A program made the translations under genes and the position numbers. From IMG/VR virus record IMGVR_UViG_3300048576_000540, positions 1 through 38,799 of that record: 38,799 nt of DNA. The stretch is one strand, 5' to 3'. Numbering within the stretch: position 1 is the first letter of the stretch; each line of letters starts with the position of its first letter. Of this stretch, positions 16,917-26,443 are shown one piece after another. The notes beneath the pieces are model-generated. The model was given only the letters and a program-made list of their open reading frames with translations, had not been told where the DNA came from and searched no databases. Origin of the DNA: a virus (Duplodnaviria > Caudoviricetes).

Positions 16917-17890
16917 ACGCAAAGAAGACCTATCTGAACGTCTGCAACGAGGCGGCGGCCGTCAAGGCGACCGATTTCTCGCGGATGTTCGTCCCGTACG
17001 GGGACTATCCCATCGAGCTGGATGACGGCAGCATCGTCGTCCAGCACTTCACGCCGGCATCCGCCACGCGCATCGCCGCGGCGCTTGCCAATGAGATGAA
17101 ATCCGGAAAGAGCAAGGGCATCCCGATCTACCAAGGTCATCCGGATGTGCCTGCTCTGGCCTCCCGGTATCCCGACAAGCGGGCGTACGGTTGGATTACG
17201 GAGGCCAAAGCGGAAGCCGGTGGCATGGCGCTGATCGCGGCGTGGAACGAGGAACCCGGTGACCACTTCAGCCATATTTCGCCCTACTGGGGAGTGACGC
17301 GCAAGAATTACGAGGTCGCCGCCCTGTGGTCGGTTGCCCTCATCAACAACCCCAATATCAAGGAACTTCGCCTGCCGAATGAGTCGGCGGACGGTAAAGG
17401 AGAGGAAACGATGAACAAGGAACTGCTGACACTGCTCGGGCTCGGCGAGGACGCGGATGAACAGGCCGTGTGCGCCAAGGTGCAGACGCTCAAAGATGAG
17501 AACGCCTCGCTGATGATGAGGCTGGAGGCCTCCAAAGCCGAGACGACGACCGCCCAGACGGGACTGGCCAACGAACGCAAAGCCCGCATCGGCATCGTGC
17601 TGGACACGGCGATCGAGCGCGGTCAGATCACGGCGGCTGCCCGTCCGGCCTGGGAAGCCCGGCTCTCGAACGAAAAAGAGTTCGATGCGGCGCTTATTGC
17701 GCTGGCGAACGAAAAGGCCGTCAAGACCGACGGCGTGACCAAGGAGCTCAAAAAGCCGGCGGCTTCGCATTCCGATGTGATCGCCATGGCGAATGAAAAG
17801 GTCCAGAAGTCCGGCGGGAAGGTGAGCTTCATCAAGGCTTACGGCGAGGTCAAGAAGGAACATCCCGAATTTTTTGGGCCGCAAAAGTAA
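16913..17890 (+). CDS. Mu gpI-like prohead protease/scaffold, 325 aa
   Basis: PIYQGHP, AYGWI, HISP and SVALINNPNI motifs; ATGA overlap. Confidence 0.85.
   Translation: MNAKKTYLNVCNEAAAVKATDFSRMFVPYGDYPIELDDGSIVVQHFTPASATRIAAALANEMKSGKSKGIPIYQGHPDVPALASRYPDKRAYGWITEAKAEAGGMALIAAWNEEPGDHFSHISPYWGVTRKNYEVAALWSVALINNPNIKELRLPNESADGKGEETMNKELLTLLGLGEDADEQAVCAKVQTLKDENASLMMRLEASKAETTTAQTGLANERKARIGIVLDTAIERGQITAAARPAWEARLSNEKEFDAALIALANEKAVKTDGVTKELKKPAASHSDVIAMANEKVQKSGGKVSFIKAYGEVKKEHPEFFGPQK
17411..17890 (+). CDS. Nested in-frame scaffold protein (Mu gpZ-like), 159 aa
   Basis: Internal RBS AAAGGAGAGG before ATG; MNKELLTLLGL followed by a coiled coil. Confidence 0.7.
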   Translation: MNKELLTLLGLGEDADEQAVCAKVQTLKDENASLMMRLEASKAETTTAQTGLANERKARIGIVLDTAIERGQITAAARPAWEARLSNEKEFDAALIALANEKAVKTDGVTKELKKPAASHSDVIAMANEKVQKSGGKVSFIKAYGEVKKEHPEFFGPQK

Positions 17891-17899
17891 GGAGCGAGC

Positions 17900-18274
17900 A
17901 TGAATTTTCGCAAAAGCATATGGCCCGACGGTCGGGCCACGTTTGTGGCGGCTGCGGCCGTCACGGCCGGCCAGCCCGTGAAGCTGACGGCGACCGAAGG
18001 CGAGGTGACGCCGTGCACGGCCGCGACGGACATCGCGGTGGGCGTGGCGCAGGACGACGCGGACGATGGCGACACGGTGCCCGTGGCGCTGCTGGGCGCG
18101 AAGCCCGGAACCATCATCGCGGTCGCGACAGGCGAAATCTCCGCGGGCGCGGAGGTCAACGCGCTCGGAGCCCCGGCCACGACCGGCCACACGGTGATCG
18201 GCCGCGCGCTGCAGGCGGTGTCCTCCTCCGGCGAGGAAATCGAGCTGGCGCACTGCGTCGGCCGGACCAAGTAA
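17900..18274 (+). CDS. Capsid decoration/cement protein (DUF2190-like)
   Basis: AVGVAQDDADDGDTVPV...IGRALQA; between scaffold and capsid. Confidence 0.75.
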   Translation: MNFRKSIWPDGRATFVAAAAVTAGQPVKLTATEGEVTPCTAATDIAVGVAQDDADDGDTVPVALLGAKPGTIIAVATGEISAGAEVNALGAPATTGHTVIGRALQAVSSSGEEIELAHCVGRTK

Positions 18275-18302
18275 TCAGCCCCGAAAGGGAAAGGAAAACA
18301 GC

Positions 18303-19259
18303 ATGAAAGAGCTTCTCAACGGGATTTACCGGCAGGACATGGGATTGATCGCCGGGCAGATCGGCATGGCCAACGAGGCCGCGCTCGGAAACGGGTTTCT
18401 CAGCCAGCCGCTCACGCAGTTCGTCACGGCCGACACATCGGCCGCCGACCTTGAGGCGCTGCTGGAGTATTTGGCCGGTCGCGTGGCATGCGGCCGACGC
18501 TTCGAGTATCGCGTCGCGGCGCGCGGAGGGAAAATCGCGACGGTTTCCGCGAACGACGACATCCGTGCCATCGGAGGGTCGTTTAAGGTTGTCGAGGCGC
18601 GCGGCCAGGTCGAGCAGGGAAAAACCCGCTCGAAGGGACTGACCATGGCCGTGGACATCGACGACGACAAGGAAAACCCGACGGCCCGCGAAGAGTCGGC
18701 GCAGTACTTGCGCGCGTTGCTCACGGTGCTGGAGATCCGCCGGGTGCTCGCGCTGCACGAGGCCAACGTCGAGGCCGACAACAAGGTGTGGAGCGAGGCC
18801 GTCGGCGGTGTGTGGGCTGATCCGGACGCGGATCTTATGGCGGCATGCAACGTGGATGGCCGCAACACCAACCCGAACCGCGCGCTGATCGGCGCGTCGG
18901 CGCTGGCTAACCGATTCCGCGCGCTGCGCGCGGGCGATACGGGCAAGGGTGCCACCGCGCTTTTCACGCTCCAACAGCTCGCCGGGCTCTGCGGACTTGC
19001 GGATATCCGCAGCGAAAAGATCGTCTACCAGGACGACGCGGGGGCGAACCAGAACCTCATCCCCGCCAACAAAATATATGGGTTCTACCAGCCCTCCGGC
19101 GGCACGCGCTATGATGCGAGCAACATCAAGCGGTTTGTCACCGGCGACTGGCGCGTGTTCGTGCGCGAGCTGGAAAGCGTCATTCTCGTCACGGTATCGC
19201 ATTACAGCGAGATCGTGCTGCTGGATGCGACGGGGCTCGTACTGATGGAGGTGGCATAG
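18303..19259 (+). CDS. Major capsid protein, 318 aa
   Basis: Position, size, strong RBS; W...ADPDADL...PNRALIG pattern of HK97-fold capsids. Confidence 0.75.
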   Translation: MKELLNGIYRQDMGLIAGQIGMANEAALGNGFLSQPLTQFVTADTSAADLEALLEYLAGRVACGRRFEYRVAARGGKIATVSANDDIRAIGGSFKVVEARGQVEQGKTRSKGLTMAVDIDDDKENPTAREESAQYLRALLTVLEIRRVLALHEANVEADNKVWSEAVGGVWADPDADLMAACNVDGRNTNPNRALIGASALANRFRALRAGDTGKGATALFTLQQLAGLCGLADIRSEKIVYQDDAGANQNLIPANKIYGFYQPSGGTRYDASNIKRFVTGDWRVFVRELESVILVTVSHYSEIVLLDATGLVLMEVA

Positions 19260-19261
19260 CC

Positions 19262-19699
19262 ATGGCCTGGCGCGCGCCCACAACGGATGACCTCAAGCTT
19301 TCCGTCAGCGAGACCGAGCTGGACGCCTATTCTTCCGCCGCCACGCAAAGCAGCGAGACGGCGGAGGGACTCGTCAAGCGCGGGGCCGACATGGTGCGCG
19401 GATATCTGCGCGCCAACGGCTCCATCAAGCTCGGCCCCGCAGGGACGGTTCCGGAATCGCTGATCGCCCCGCTCATGGACTATCTGTGCGTGGACGTGAT
19501 CAAGCGGGTTCCGGTGGGCGTGAGCGACGACCGTCGCAGGGCGCGCGACCAGGCGATATCTCTTTTCAAGGACGCGCAGGCAGGACGCTTTTCAGTGGAG
19601 AGTTACGGCGCGGCGGACGCCGCCTCCCAGGCCGGAGCCTCAGAACTCGCATCGAGTTCCCCCAACCGCCTGACCCCCGAGGAGCTTTCTGGACTATGA
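19262..19699 (+). CDS. Head-tail adaptor (Mu gp36/DUF1320-like)
   Basis: MVRGYLR...VPESL...RDQAISLFKDAQAG. Confidence 0.75.
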   Translation: MAWRAPTTDDLKLSVSETELDAYSSAATQSSETAEGLVKRGADMVRGYLRANGSIKLGPAGTVPESLIAPLMDYLCVDVIKRVPVGVSDDRRRARDQAISLFKDAQAGRFSVESYGAADAASQAGASELASSSPNRLTPEELSGL

Positions 19700-20139
19700 G
19701 CTACGAGAGCATAGCTGAAGAGGCGTGCGACCGCCTGTGCAAAAACAAGGACCTGCTCAAGGCGGGCTGCGAGGTCATGCTCGACGACAAGGCCGATATC
19801 GACGCGACCATTCGCGGGTCTCTGGGCAAGATGGGGCTTTGCGCCGTAGTCGTGGATGATGGAGCCGACACGGACGGAGAGGCCGGCGGCGCGAACCCGA
19901 CCCTGAAGGCCAAGCTGACCGTCATGGTATACGAGTCGCCGCTTTTCAACCGAAAGAAAGCCAACCACATGAAGCTTCCGGCCGCCGCGCGGGCCGTCGC
20001 CGGAGAGCTGCACGTCTATCCCCCTCTGCCGAGCGGGCACCTGGTGCTCAAGCGGATCAGCGGGACGACGGAGGAATCCGGCACCGGCGTCATCTGGCGC
20101 GCGGTCACGTTCGAGATCGAAACCAATCTGAAAGGGTAA
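19696..20139 (+). CDS. Putative neck/tail terminator protein, 147 aa
   Basis: ATGA overlap; position between adaptor and tail tube. Confidence 0.55.
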   Translation: MSYESIAEEACDRLCKNKDLLKAGCEVMLDDKADIDATIRGSLGKMGLCAVVVDDGADTDGEAGGANPTLKAKLTVMVYESPLFNRKKANHMKLPAAARAVAGELHVYPPLPSGHLVLKRISGTTEESGTGVIWRAVTFEIETNLKG

Positions 20140-20143
20140 GACC

Positions 20144-21058
20144 ATGGCAGGAATCACAAGGCAGAGCATTTACAGGGGACCGGGGGCGGCCGTGATCGGG
20201 ACGACCACGATCCACGACAAAAGCGGCATCACCGCCGAAATCGAGCAGTCGGTGCAGGAAATCACCGCGTCGGTGTCGGGGCCGCTGGACTCCATCATGA
20301 CCGACCGCAAGGGGAGCGTCAAACTGACGCCGAGCGGCGAACTGAGCGCGGCGATCCTCGCGGCGCTCTATCCCCACCAGACGCCGGTCTTCGGCGCGTC
20401 GCTCTACGGCGCGACGGATGTTCCGCTGGAAATCTTCGGCATGGACGGAAAGACCGTCAAGTTCTTCAACGCCGCGCTCACCGGCATTCCGCAGATTTTT
20501 CTTTCGACGGTCAAGACCGCGTTCGGCGAGGCCGAATGGACCGCGCTCGTCGCCAACGGCAAGCTCCCGGGAGAGACCGACGATTTCTATACGACGACGA
20601 CGACGGCATACGCCAAGGGCTATCCGGACAAGACCGGCATCACGGGCCATGCCTATTCCGTGACGTGGGGCGAGCTGGACATCACGGACATGACCGGCGA
20701 CGGCGCGGCCGTGAACTTCGACCTCGGGGCGGAGGACGTGACGACGGACCGCGCCGGCACGATCGACAAGCTGCTGTCGTCGCTCTCTGTCAAGGCGTCG
20801 CTGATCCCGCTCGGCTTCAGCGCGGCGGATTTCCTGACGATGCGCAACATCTCGGCGGGACGAGGGACGAGCCTGGCGGGAGACGGGGATCTCGTGATCA
20901 CCAGCGCGGCGGGGCTCGTCGTGACGCTCAAGAACGCGGCGCTCGTGTCCGGACCGTGCCAATGGGGCTCGTCCGCGCTGCGCGTCGGTCAGATCGGATT
21001 CACGGCGCACCGCGCCTCCAGCGGGCTGCTCTATAGCGTGGCCCTCGCGGCGGCATAA
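20144..21058 (+). CDS. Putative major tail tube protein, 304 aa
   Basis: IYRGPG N-terminus, beta-rich two-domain pattern; synteny. Confidence 0.6.
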   Translation: MAGITRQSIYRGPGAAVIGTTTIHDKSGITAEIEQSVQEITASVSGPLDSIMTDRKGSVKLTPSGELSAAILAALYPHQTPVFGASLYGATDVPLEIFGMDGKTVKFFNAALTGIPQIFLSTVKTAFGEAEWTALVANGKLPGETDDFYTTTTTAYAKGYPDKTGITGHAYSVTWGELDITDMTGDGAAVNFDLGAEDVTTDRAGTIDKLLSSLSVKASLIPLGFSAADFLTMRNISAGRGTSLAGDGDLVITSAAGLVVTLKNAALVSGPCQWGSSALRVGQIGFTAHRASSGLLYSVALAAA

Positions 21059-21068
21059 GGGAGTTCCC

Positions 21069-23096
21069 ATGATCTTCAACCGCGTCATTCCGCTTGCCCT
21101 CGCGCTCGCCCTTTCGGCGGGCGCGCAGGGCGTTCCCTTCGAGTGGGACGCCGAGGCGTCCGTCGCGCTCGCCGCGACCAAGGACGTGTACCGCGGAGAA
21201 ACCGTGTCCCTCCGGCCCGGCTGGCTCAACTACGGAGCCGAGGCCGACACCAACGGCTGGACGTTCACGCTCTGCTGGCAGACGAACGGCATGGGTTCGG
21301 CCTGGTGGACGGATGCGACCAACGCCTTCCTTTGGACGCCGGAACGCGACTGCGGGGCCCCGCGCTACACGCTGTTCATCCGCGCGGCCTCGCCGTTCGG
21401 CGTCAGCTACAGGGCCAACGCCGTCTTCAGAATGCTCGCGTCGCCGGGGTTCACGTCCGCCGAGCTGCCGCCGCCCTCATGCTATCCGACGCTCGCGTCC
21501 GACATTCTGGCGATGCTGATCCCGTCGCTGCCGACCTATGACGCCTGGATCGGAGAATCCGCCCTCCGGATCTCGGGCGACGCCGCCGGAAGCAACAACG
21601 TCGAGCAGGTCCGGACCGGCCTGCAGGCGCAGATCGACGCGCTGGGCTCCGGAGCATCCTCCGCGTCGGCCAACACGGCCTGGACGCTCGCGGCGATGAA
21701 CGGCGAGTGGCTCGTCGGCATTGAGCCGACCGGCACGGCGACGCTCTGGCGCGTGACGCAAGGGACGGGGATCTGGACCGCGACGGTGCCTGAACTCGGG
21801 GCGACGTTTGAAATCCCCGGACTCCCTTACCCTCCGGAAACGTTCGAGTATTCAATGCCCGTCTATCCCTTTTTGTTTTTTCACTGCGAGGGCAACGGCA
21901 GCGACATTTACGAGATCTGGATTTCCGGAGGGTCCGGGATGTGGGCGCGCTATGACATCCAGGCGTCAGCGGAAATCGAGCTGTCGGATCGCTCGCAGGG
22001 CGCGGAGCAATCGGCCTGGCTGCGCTACAGCGCCGTCGTGTCCACCAATGCGGTCGGCAGCTATGTCACGTCCGCCGCGCTCGCGCAGGCCGTCAGCAAC
22101 GCGCTGGCCCAAGCGGGCGACTCCGCCGCCGCGACCAACGCGCTGGCGATATCGACCAACGCCTTCGCGTTCGCGAGCAACGCCTGGCTGCGGGCGGGCA
22201 CCGCGCTCAGCGCCGCGCAGGCGGCCGACGCGAGAATCACGGCCGCGACCAACGCGATTGTCCGGACGTATCTCATTTCGAGCAATGCCTGGCTGACGGC
22301 GAACTGGAGCAACCAGACCTTGTCGGTTTCTCTCGTGCTCACCAATGGAAACACGAATGTCGTTTTGGTCGGGAGTTCGCAGAACTCCATCGACCCGGCG
22401 GCGACCAACATGATCTGGCTCGCGTTGGCATCCGCCAATGCGAGTATCGCCGGAAAAGCCCCGAAAGCGTGGGGTCAATTTGCTCCGGACGGAACGCCCA
22501 ACCCGGAGCCCGACTATCAGCTTTGGCTTAACACCCCGACGATCACATTCGCCGCCGGGTATCAGTGGCAGTCCTATGGCATGTACGCCGCCGTCGTGTC
22601 GACCGGCATGGTCGCTATGGCGACGGGCAGCAACGGCATGTGGCGCATCGCGGTCGACAGCACCAACTATCTCGGCGTGGTGCAGGGCGGCAGCGTCATG
22701 GTCGGCTCGATCGCGGGATCGCTTGCCGTAACCGACGGCGGAGCGACCAACGGCTGGGCGGAGATCTCCTATGATTACGCGGGAGGAGAATTTCCGACGC
22801 TCCAGTTTTCGGCGACGCTTGCCGGCGGAGGCGTATGGACGGAGGTCCTGACCGCCGAGTGGACCGACAATCTCGACGGCACGGCCACCGTCGTCGCCCC
22901 GGCCGCCGTCGTGGCCGGGTTCTGGCGCGCGATGACCAGCCGCGAATATGACTACACGCTGGAGTCGACCATGCCCTTCGCTCCGCGCGGCGGCGTGGTC
23001 GGAGCGACCAACGCGACACCCGTCGTGTACGACTCAACAATCACAGTCACGTCGGGTGGGCACACTTATCGCATCCCCGCGCAACTGGAGAACTAA
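21069..23096 (+). CDS. Signal-peptide, TN-rich, fibre-like protein, 675 aa
   Basis: MIFNRVIPLALALALSAGAQG signal; Ala-rich heptad segments alternating with beta domains. Confidence 0.65.
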   Translation: MIFNRVIPLALALALSAGAQGVPFEWDAEASVALAATKDVYRGETVSLRPGWLNYGAEADTNGWTFTLCWQTNGMGSAWWTDATNAFLWTPERDCGAPRYTLFIRAASPFGVSYRANAVFRMLASPGFTSAELPPPSCYPTLASDILAMLIPSLPTYDAWIGESALRISGDAAGSNNVEQVRTGLQAQIDALGSGASSASANTAWTLAAMNGEWLVGIEPTGTATLWRVTQGTGIWTATVPELGATFEIPGLPYPPETFEYSMPVYPFLFFHCEGNGSDIYEIWISGGSGMWARYDIQASAEIELSDRSQGAEQSAWLRYSAVVSTNAVGSYVTSAALAQAVSNALAQAGDSAAATNALAISTNAFAFASNAWLRAGTALSAAQAADARITAATNAIVRTYLISSNAWLTANWSNQTLSVSLVLTNGNTNVVLVGSSQNSIDPAATNMIWLALASANASIAGKAPKAWGQFAPDGTPNPEPDYQLWLNTPTITFAAGYQWQSYGMYAAVVSTGMVAMATGSNGMWRIAVDSTNYLGVVQGGSVMVGSIAGSLAVTDGGATNGWAEISYDYAGGEFPTLQFSATLAGGGVWTEVLTAEWTDNLDGTATVVAPAAVVAGFWRAMTSREYDYTLESTMPFAPRGGVVGATNATPVVYDSTITVTSGGHTYRIPAQLEN

Positions 23097-23099
23097 AAA

Positions 23100-23513
23100 A
23101 TGAAGATGGTCACTCAGTATCTCTTTGACGGAATTGAGGATCTCCCGCAGGAAATGCTCAAGTCCTTTGCCTTCCGCGACCCGATCGATGCGGCCGGAGC
23201 ATGGGTTTTGATTCCGATTATTCTGTGGCTTGGCATTCTTGTCGGTCCACATCTTGTTCCGATCTTCAGACAGTTTGAGCGGGTATGGCGCGGCCGGGAC
23301 GGAATGTCGGCGAACTTCGGCACAATCTTTTTTTGCGCGGCAATCTATATGGGCTCTTGGGCTTCTTATCTGCATGGCGGGAAAGAAAATGGGGATACAA
23401 ATCCTCCTCCAGCCGCCGTTTCCGAATCAATCAAACGCATCAATCTTTACTATCAGGACGCGACCGGCCACCTCATCCCGCTCGGCGCAAAGATCGAAAG
23501 GGCGAATCCGTGA
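23100..23513 (+). CDS. Two-TM membrane protein; holin candidate
   Basis: Two hydrophobic segments; Met-Lys-Met start. Confidence 0.5.
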   Translation: MKMVTQYLFDGIEDLPQEMLKSFAFRDPIDAAGAWVLIPIILWLGILVGPHLVPIFRQFERVWRGRDGMSANFGTIFFCAAIYMGSWASYLHGGKENGDTNPPPAAVSESIKRINLYYQDATGHLIPLGAKIERANP

Positions 23514-24796
23514 AAAGCAAAAAAAACAATCCCCTGGCATCCGTCATCACCGCCTGCGTGCTTACGTCGGCGCTCATCGTTTCCGTCTGCTGCTGCGCGG
23601 CGCATGCCGCCTCGTCCGTGCCCGCGCCGCGCCTGGCGCGTTCGCTTTCCTCGCCCGCCGCCGCCGCGCACGCGGTTCGCGCCCGTCACAACGAGGCGCT
23701 CAAAACGCTGTTCGCGGAGACCGGCATTCCGACCGGCAGCGACGCGACCAACCTGGCGATGCGCACGCGTGCGATCGAGTTGATCAATTATGCGATTTCA
23801 AACAATGTCGAGTTGGCGGATGAGACCGGCGTCACGGCGGCCGACGTGGCCTGGGCGGCCGGCGACTTTGTCGGCCGCTACATTTTGGGCGAGACGCAAA
23901 CTGTCGAACGGCTTTCGCTTCCCAATCCGCGCTCGTCGCGCTGGCCGTCGCTCAGATCGGCGGTGCTGGCGGCGCATCCGCTGTGCGCGGCCTGCGGCGC
24001 GAAGGCGACGACCGTTCATCACATCATCCCATTCCATCTCGCACCGGGCCGCGAGCTCGACCCTGACAACCTCATCTGCCTTTGCGACCGCTGCCATTTC
24101 CTTGTCGGCCATCTAGGCGACTGGAAGGCTTTCAATCCGCGCTGCCTGATCGACGCGGATGAGTGGCTTGCCCGCTGCCGGTCGCGGCCGTACGGGTACG
24201 ACGACAATCCGTCGGTGCTCGTGATCGGCGACTCGCACGCGGCCTGCCGGCTGCCGCACGGCGCCGTCGATTCGTGGATCGTCGCCGATCTTCTCGGCGT
24301 CTCCTCAAGCAACCGCCTCGCCGTCAGCGGCAGCACGGCCGCGCAATGGGCCTCAAATCAAAACGGATGGCTTGCGGCCGCGACCAACAACCGCGCCCCG
24401 ATCATCTGGATCTCGCTGGGCGGCAACGATGTCATGGCGGCGCTGGCCGACGGCCGCGTGACGACCGACGAGGCCCGCTCGGCGGCATCCAACTATTATG
24501 CCGTGGTCCGCGCCGTCGCCCGCGGCCGCCGTCTGGTGGTCGCCACGGCATACGCAGATCCGTACCAGGGCGCGCGCTCCGATTACGCGCTCGGGCTGCT
24601 GATACTTAACTCCGGTATTCGCATGATGACCATGCGCTCCTGCAACGAGCTGGGCGTTTCGTTCTCCATTCTCGACGAGCCCGACATTCTCGGGCCATCC
24701 AATTACGACGGCACAGGGAATCTGCACCCCAACGCCGGCGGGTATACCAATATGGCGCTCAGGTTGAGAGCCGTCATCAAGGAACAATGCAAATGA
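23510..24796 (+). CDS. Signal peptide + HNH endonuclease + SGNH/GDSL hydrolase fusion, 428 aa
   Basis: GTGA overlap; CAACG..VHHIIP..NLICLCDRCH; GDS, G, GGND and D..HPN blocks. Confidence 0.8.
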   Translation: MKSKKNNPLASVITACVLTSALIVSVCCCAAHAASSVPAPRLARSLSSPAAAAHAVRARHNEALKTLFAETGIPTGSDATNLAMRTRAIELINYAISNNVELADETGVTAADVAWAAGDFVGRYILGETQTVERLSLPNPRSSRWPSLRSAVLAAHPLCAACGAKATTVHHIIPFHLAPGRELDPDNLICLCDRCHFLVGHLGDWKAFNPRCLIDADEWLARCRSRPYGYDDNPSVLVIGDSHAACRLPHGAVDSWIVADLLGVSSSNRLAVSGSTAAQWASNQNGWLAAATNNRAPIIWISLGGNDVMAALADGRVTTDEARSAASNYYAVVRAVARGRRLVVATAYADPYQGARSDYALGLLILNSGIRMMTMRSCNELGVSFSILDEPDILGPSNYDGTGNLHPNAGGYTNMALRLRAVIKEQCK

Positions 24797-25044
24797 AAAA
24801 ACTCATGCTGTTGTCGGCGGCCGCGCTGCTCGGCGTCTGCGGCTGCGCCCATGTCATTGCGAAAGGAGACTGGGGTAAGGTCTCATATTGGACCGTGTTC
24901 CAGGACCGGCAAATCGGTCCGATCACGATCCAGGGAACGAATGTGCTCATGAGCGTTGCCCAGGTGCAGGCCAACGGCGTTTCGTCCAATGTTGCCGATA
25001 TTGCGGCCGCAGTAACCAAGGCGGCTATCGAGGCCGCGAAATAA
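24793..25044 (+). CDS. Small lipoprotein (spanin candidate), 83 aa
   Basis: MKKLMLLSAAALLGVCGC lipobox-like signal. Confidence 0.7.
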   Translation: MKKLMLLSAAALLGVCGCAHVIAKGDWGKVSYWTVFQDRQIGPITIQGTNVLMSVAQVQANGVSSNVADIAAAVTKAAIEAAK

Positions 25045-25056
25045 GGATCAATCATC

Positions 25057-25869
25057 ATGATCAAAAACCTTCAGTTCTCATTCCCCGGTTTCACCGATTT
25101 CGACGCGATCCGCCGCGCCCTGCGCCGCGGGCTGTTGCCCGACCTGCCCGACTTCCGCGATCTCGATTACGCGCTGATCCGCAGCCGCGGCGCCCGCCCG
25201 GCATCGTGCGACTGGACGCAGTATGACCCGCCCATCCGCAACCAGCTCACGCTCGGTTCGTGCGTCGGGCACGGCGGCGTGCGGTCCGTCGAGTGCCTGG
25301 ACATCGCGGACGGCTCCTATACCGAGCTGTCCGAGCTGGATCTGTATTACCAGGTGCGCAAGGCGCTCGGCACGGTGGATGAAGACAGCGGCGGCCGAAT
25401 CAAGGACGCCGTCAAGATCCTCGCCAAGCGCGGCGTCTGTTCGGAAGCGGCCAGCCCCTATGATGTGGACCGCTACACGGATGATCCCGGCTCGGCCGCC
25501 GATGCGGACGCGGCAGGGCACAGGATCGCGGACTATCACCGCATCGGCGTTCTGCGCACGCTGGACGACGTTCTCGACGCGATCGCGCAGCGCTTCCCGG
25601 TGGTTTTCGGTTTCTCGGTCTATTCTTCGGCGCTTACCCCCGAGGCTGCCAAGACCGGCGTCATCCCCATGCCCACGCGCGCGGATTCGTTCGAGGGCGG
25701 GCATTGCGTCGTCGCCCGAGGATACAGCGACAAGACCGGCCACATCAAGGGGCCGAACTCGTGGGGCGTGGAATGGGGCGAGACCGGCAATTACTATCTG
25801 CCATACGAGTACATCGAGCGCCACGCCCTGGCGTCCGACATCTGGGTGATCCGCAAACTCGCCCAATAA
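25057..25869 (+). CDS. Papain-like C1 cysteine peptidase, 270 aa
   Basis: NQLTLGSCVG, GGHCV and PNSWG give the catalytic Q/C/H/N. Confidence 0.9.
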   Translation: MIKNLQFSFPGFTDFDAIRRALRRGLLPDLPDFRDLDYALIRSRGARPASCDWTQYDPPIRNQLTLGSCVGHGGVRSVECLDIADGSYTELSELDLYYQVRKALGTVDEDSGGRIKDAVKILAKRGVCSEAASPYDVDRYTDDPGSAADADAAGHRIADYHRIGVLRTLDDVLDAIAQRFPVVFGFSVYSSALTPEAAKTGVIPMPTRADSFEGGHCVVARGYSDKTGHIKGPNSWGVEWGETGNYYLPYEYIERHALASDIWVIRKLAQ

Positions 25870-25879
25870 GGAGTCCGCC

Positions 25880-26395
25880 ATGCCCTGCCGCTGCGATCAA
25901 TGCACCCATCTCTATGTCTACCCGGAGCTTCCATTCTTGGACCCTCCGCGCCTGTCCGACGTTTATGCCGATCCCGCCGCGGAATGGATCGTCGCGTGCA
26001 ACTATCTCGGCCCGCTGATCGACGGCAAGGCGACGCTCGTCCGCCGCCTGTTCACGACGGACGGAGCGAGCATTCCTCAACCCGTGTGGACGGTCGTCGG
26101 GCATCCCTTTCAGATGCCGCTGCTGGTCTACGCGCTGATCCACGACGGAGACTGCGCGGCTGAACTGTTTCCGTTTGACGAGACTGACGCGAGATTCAAA
26201 AAGGGCATGGAGCTCGACGGGCACATTTCTCAAATCAAGCGCCGCTTTGTCTATCGGGCCGTCGTCGATTACCACATGCTCACGCCTAACCGGCACACGC
26301 CCGAGTCCATCGCCGATGCCCGACGCTATTGCAGGGTTGTCGCAGAGGAAGAGTATTTCGCGCTGGCCGCGTCACGGACGCTGCCGGCGGCATGA
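25880..26395 (+). CDS. DUF1353 domain protein
   Basis: FTTDGASIP, ALIHD, TDARF. Confidence 0.8.
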   Translation: MPCRCDQCTHLYVYPELPFLDPPRLSDVYADPAAEWIVACNYLGPLIDGKATLVRRLFTTDGASIPQPVWTVVGHPFQMPLLVYALIHDGDCAAELFPFDETDARFKKGMELDGHISQIKRRFVYRAVVDYHMLTPNRHTPESIADARRYCRVVAEEEYFALAASRTLPAA

Positions 26396-26443
26396 CTTCG
26401 CGGCGGGCGGGTGCCCGGCGCAAGACAAATAAAAGGAGAATCC

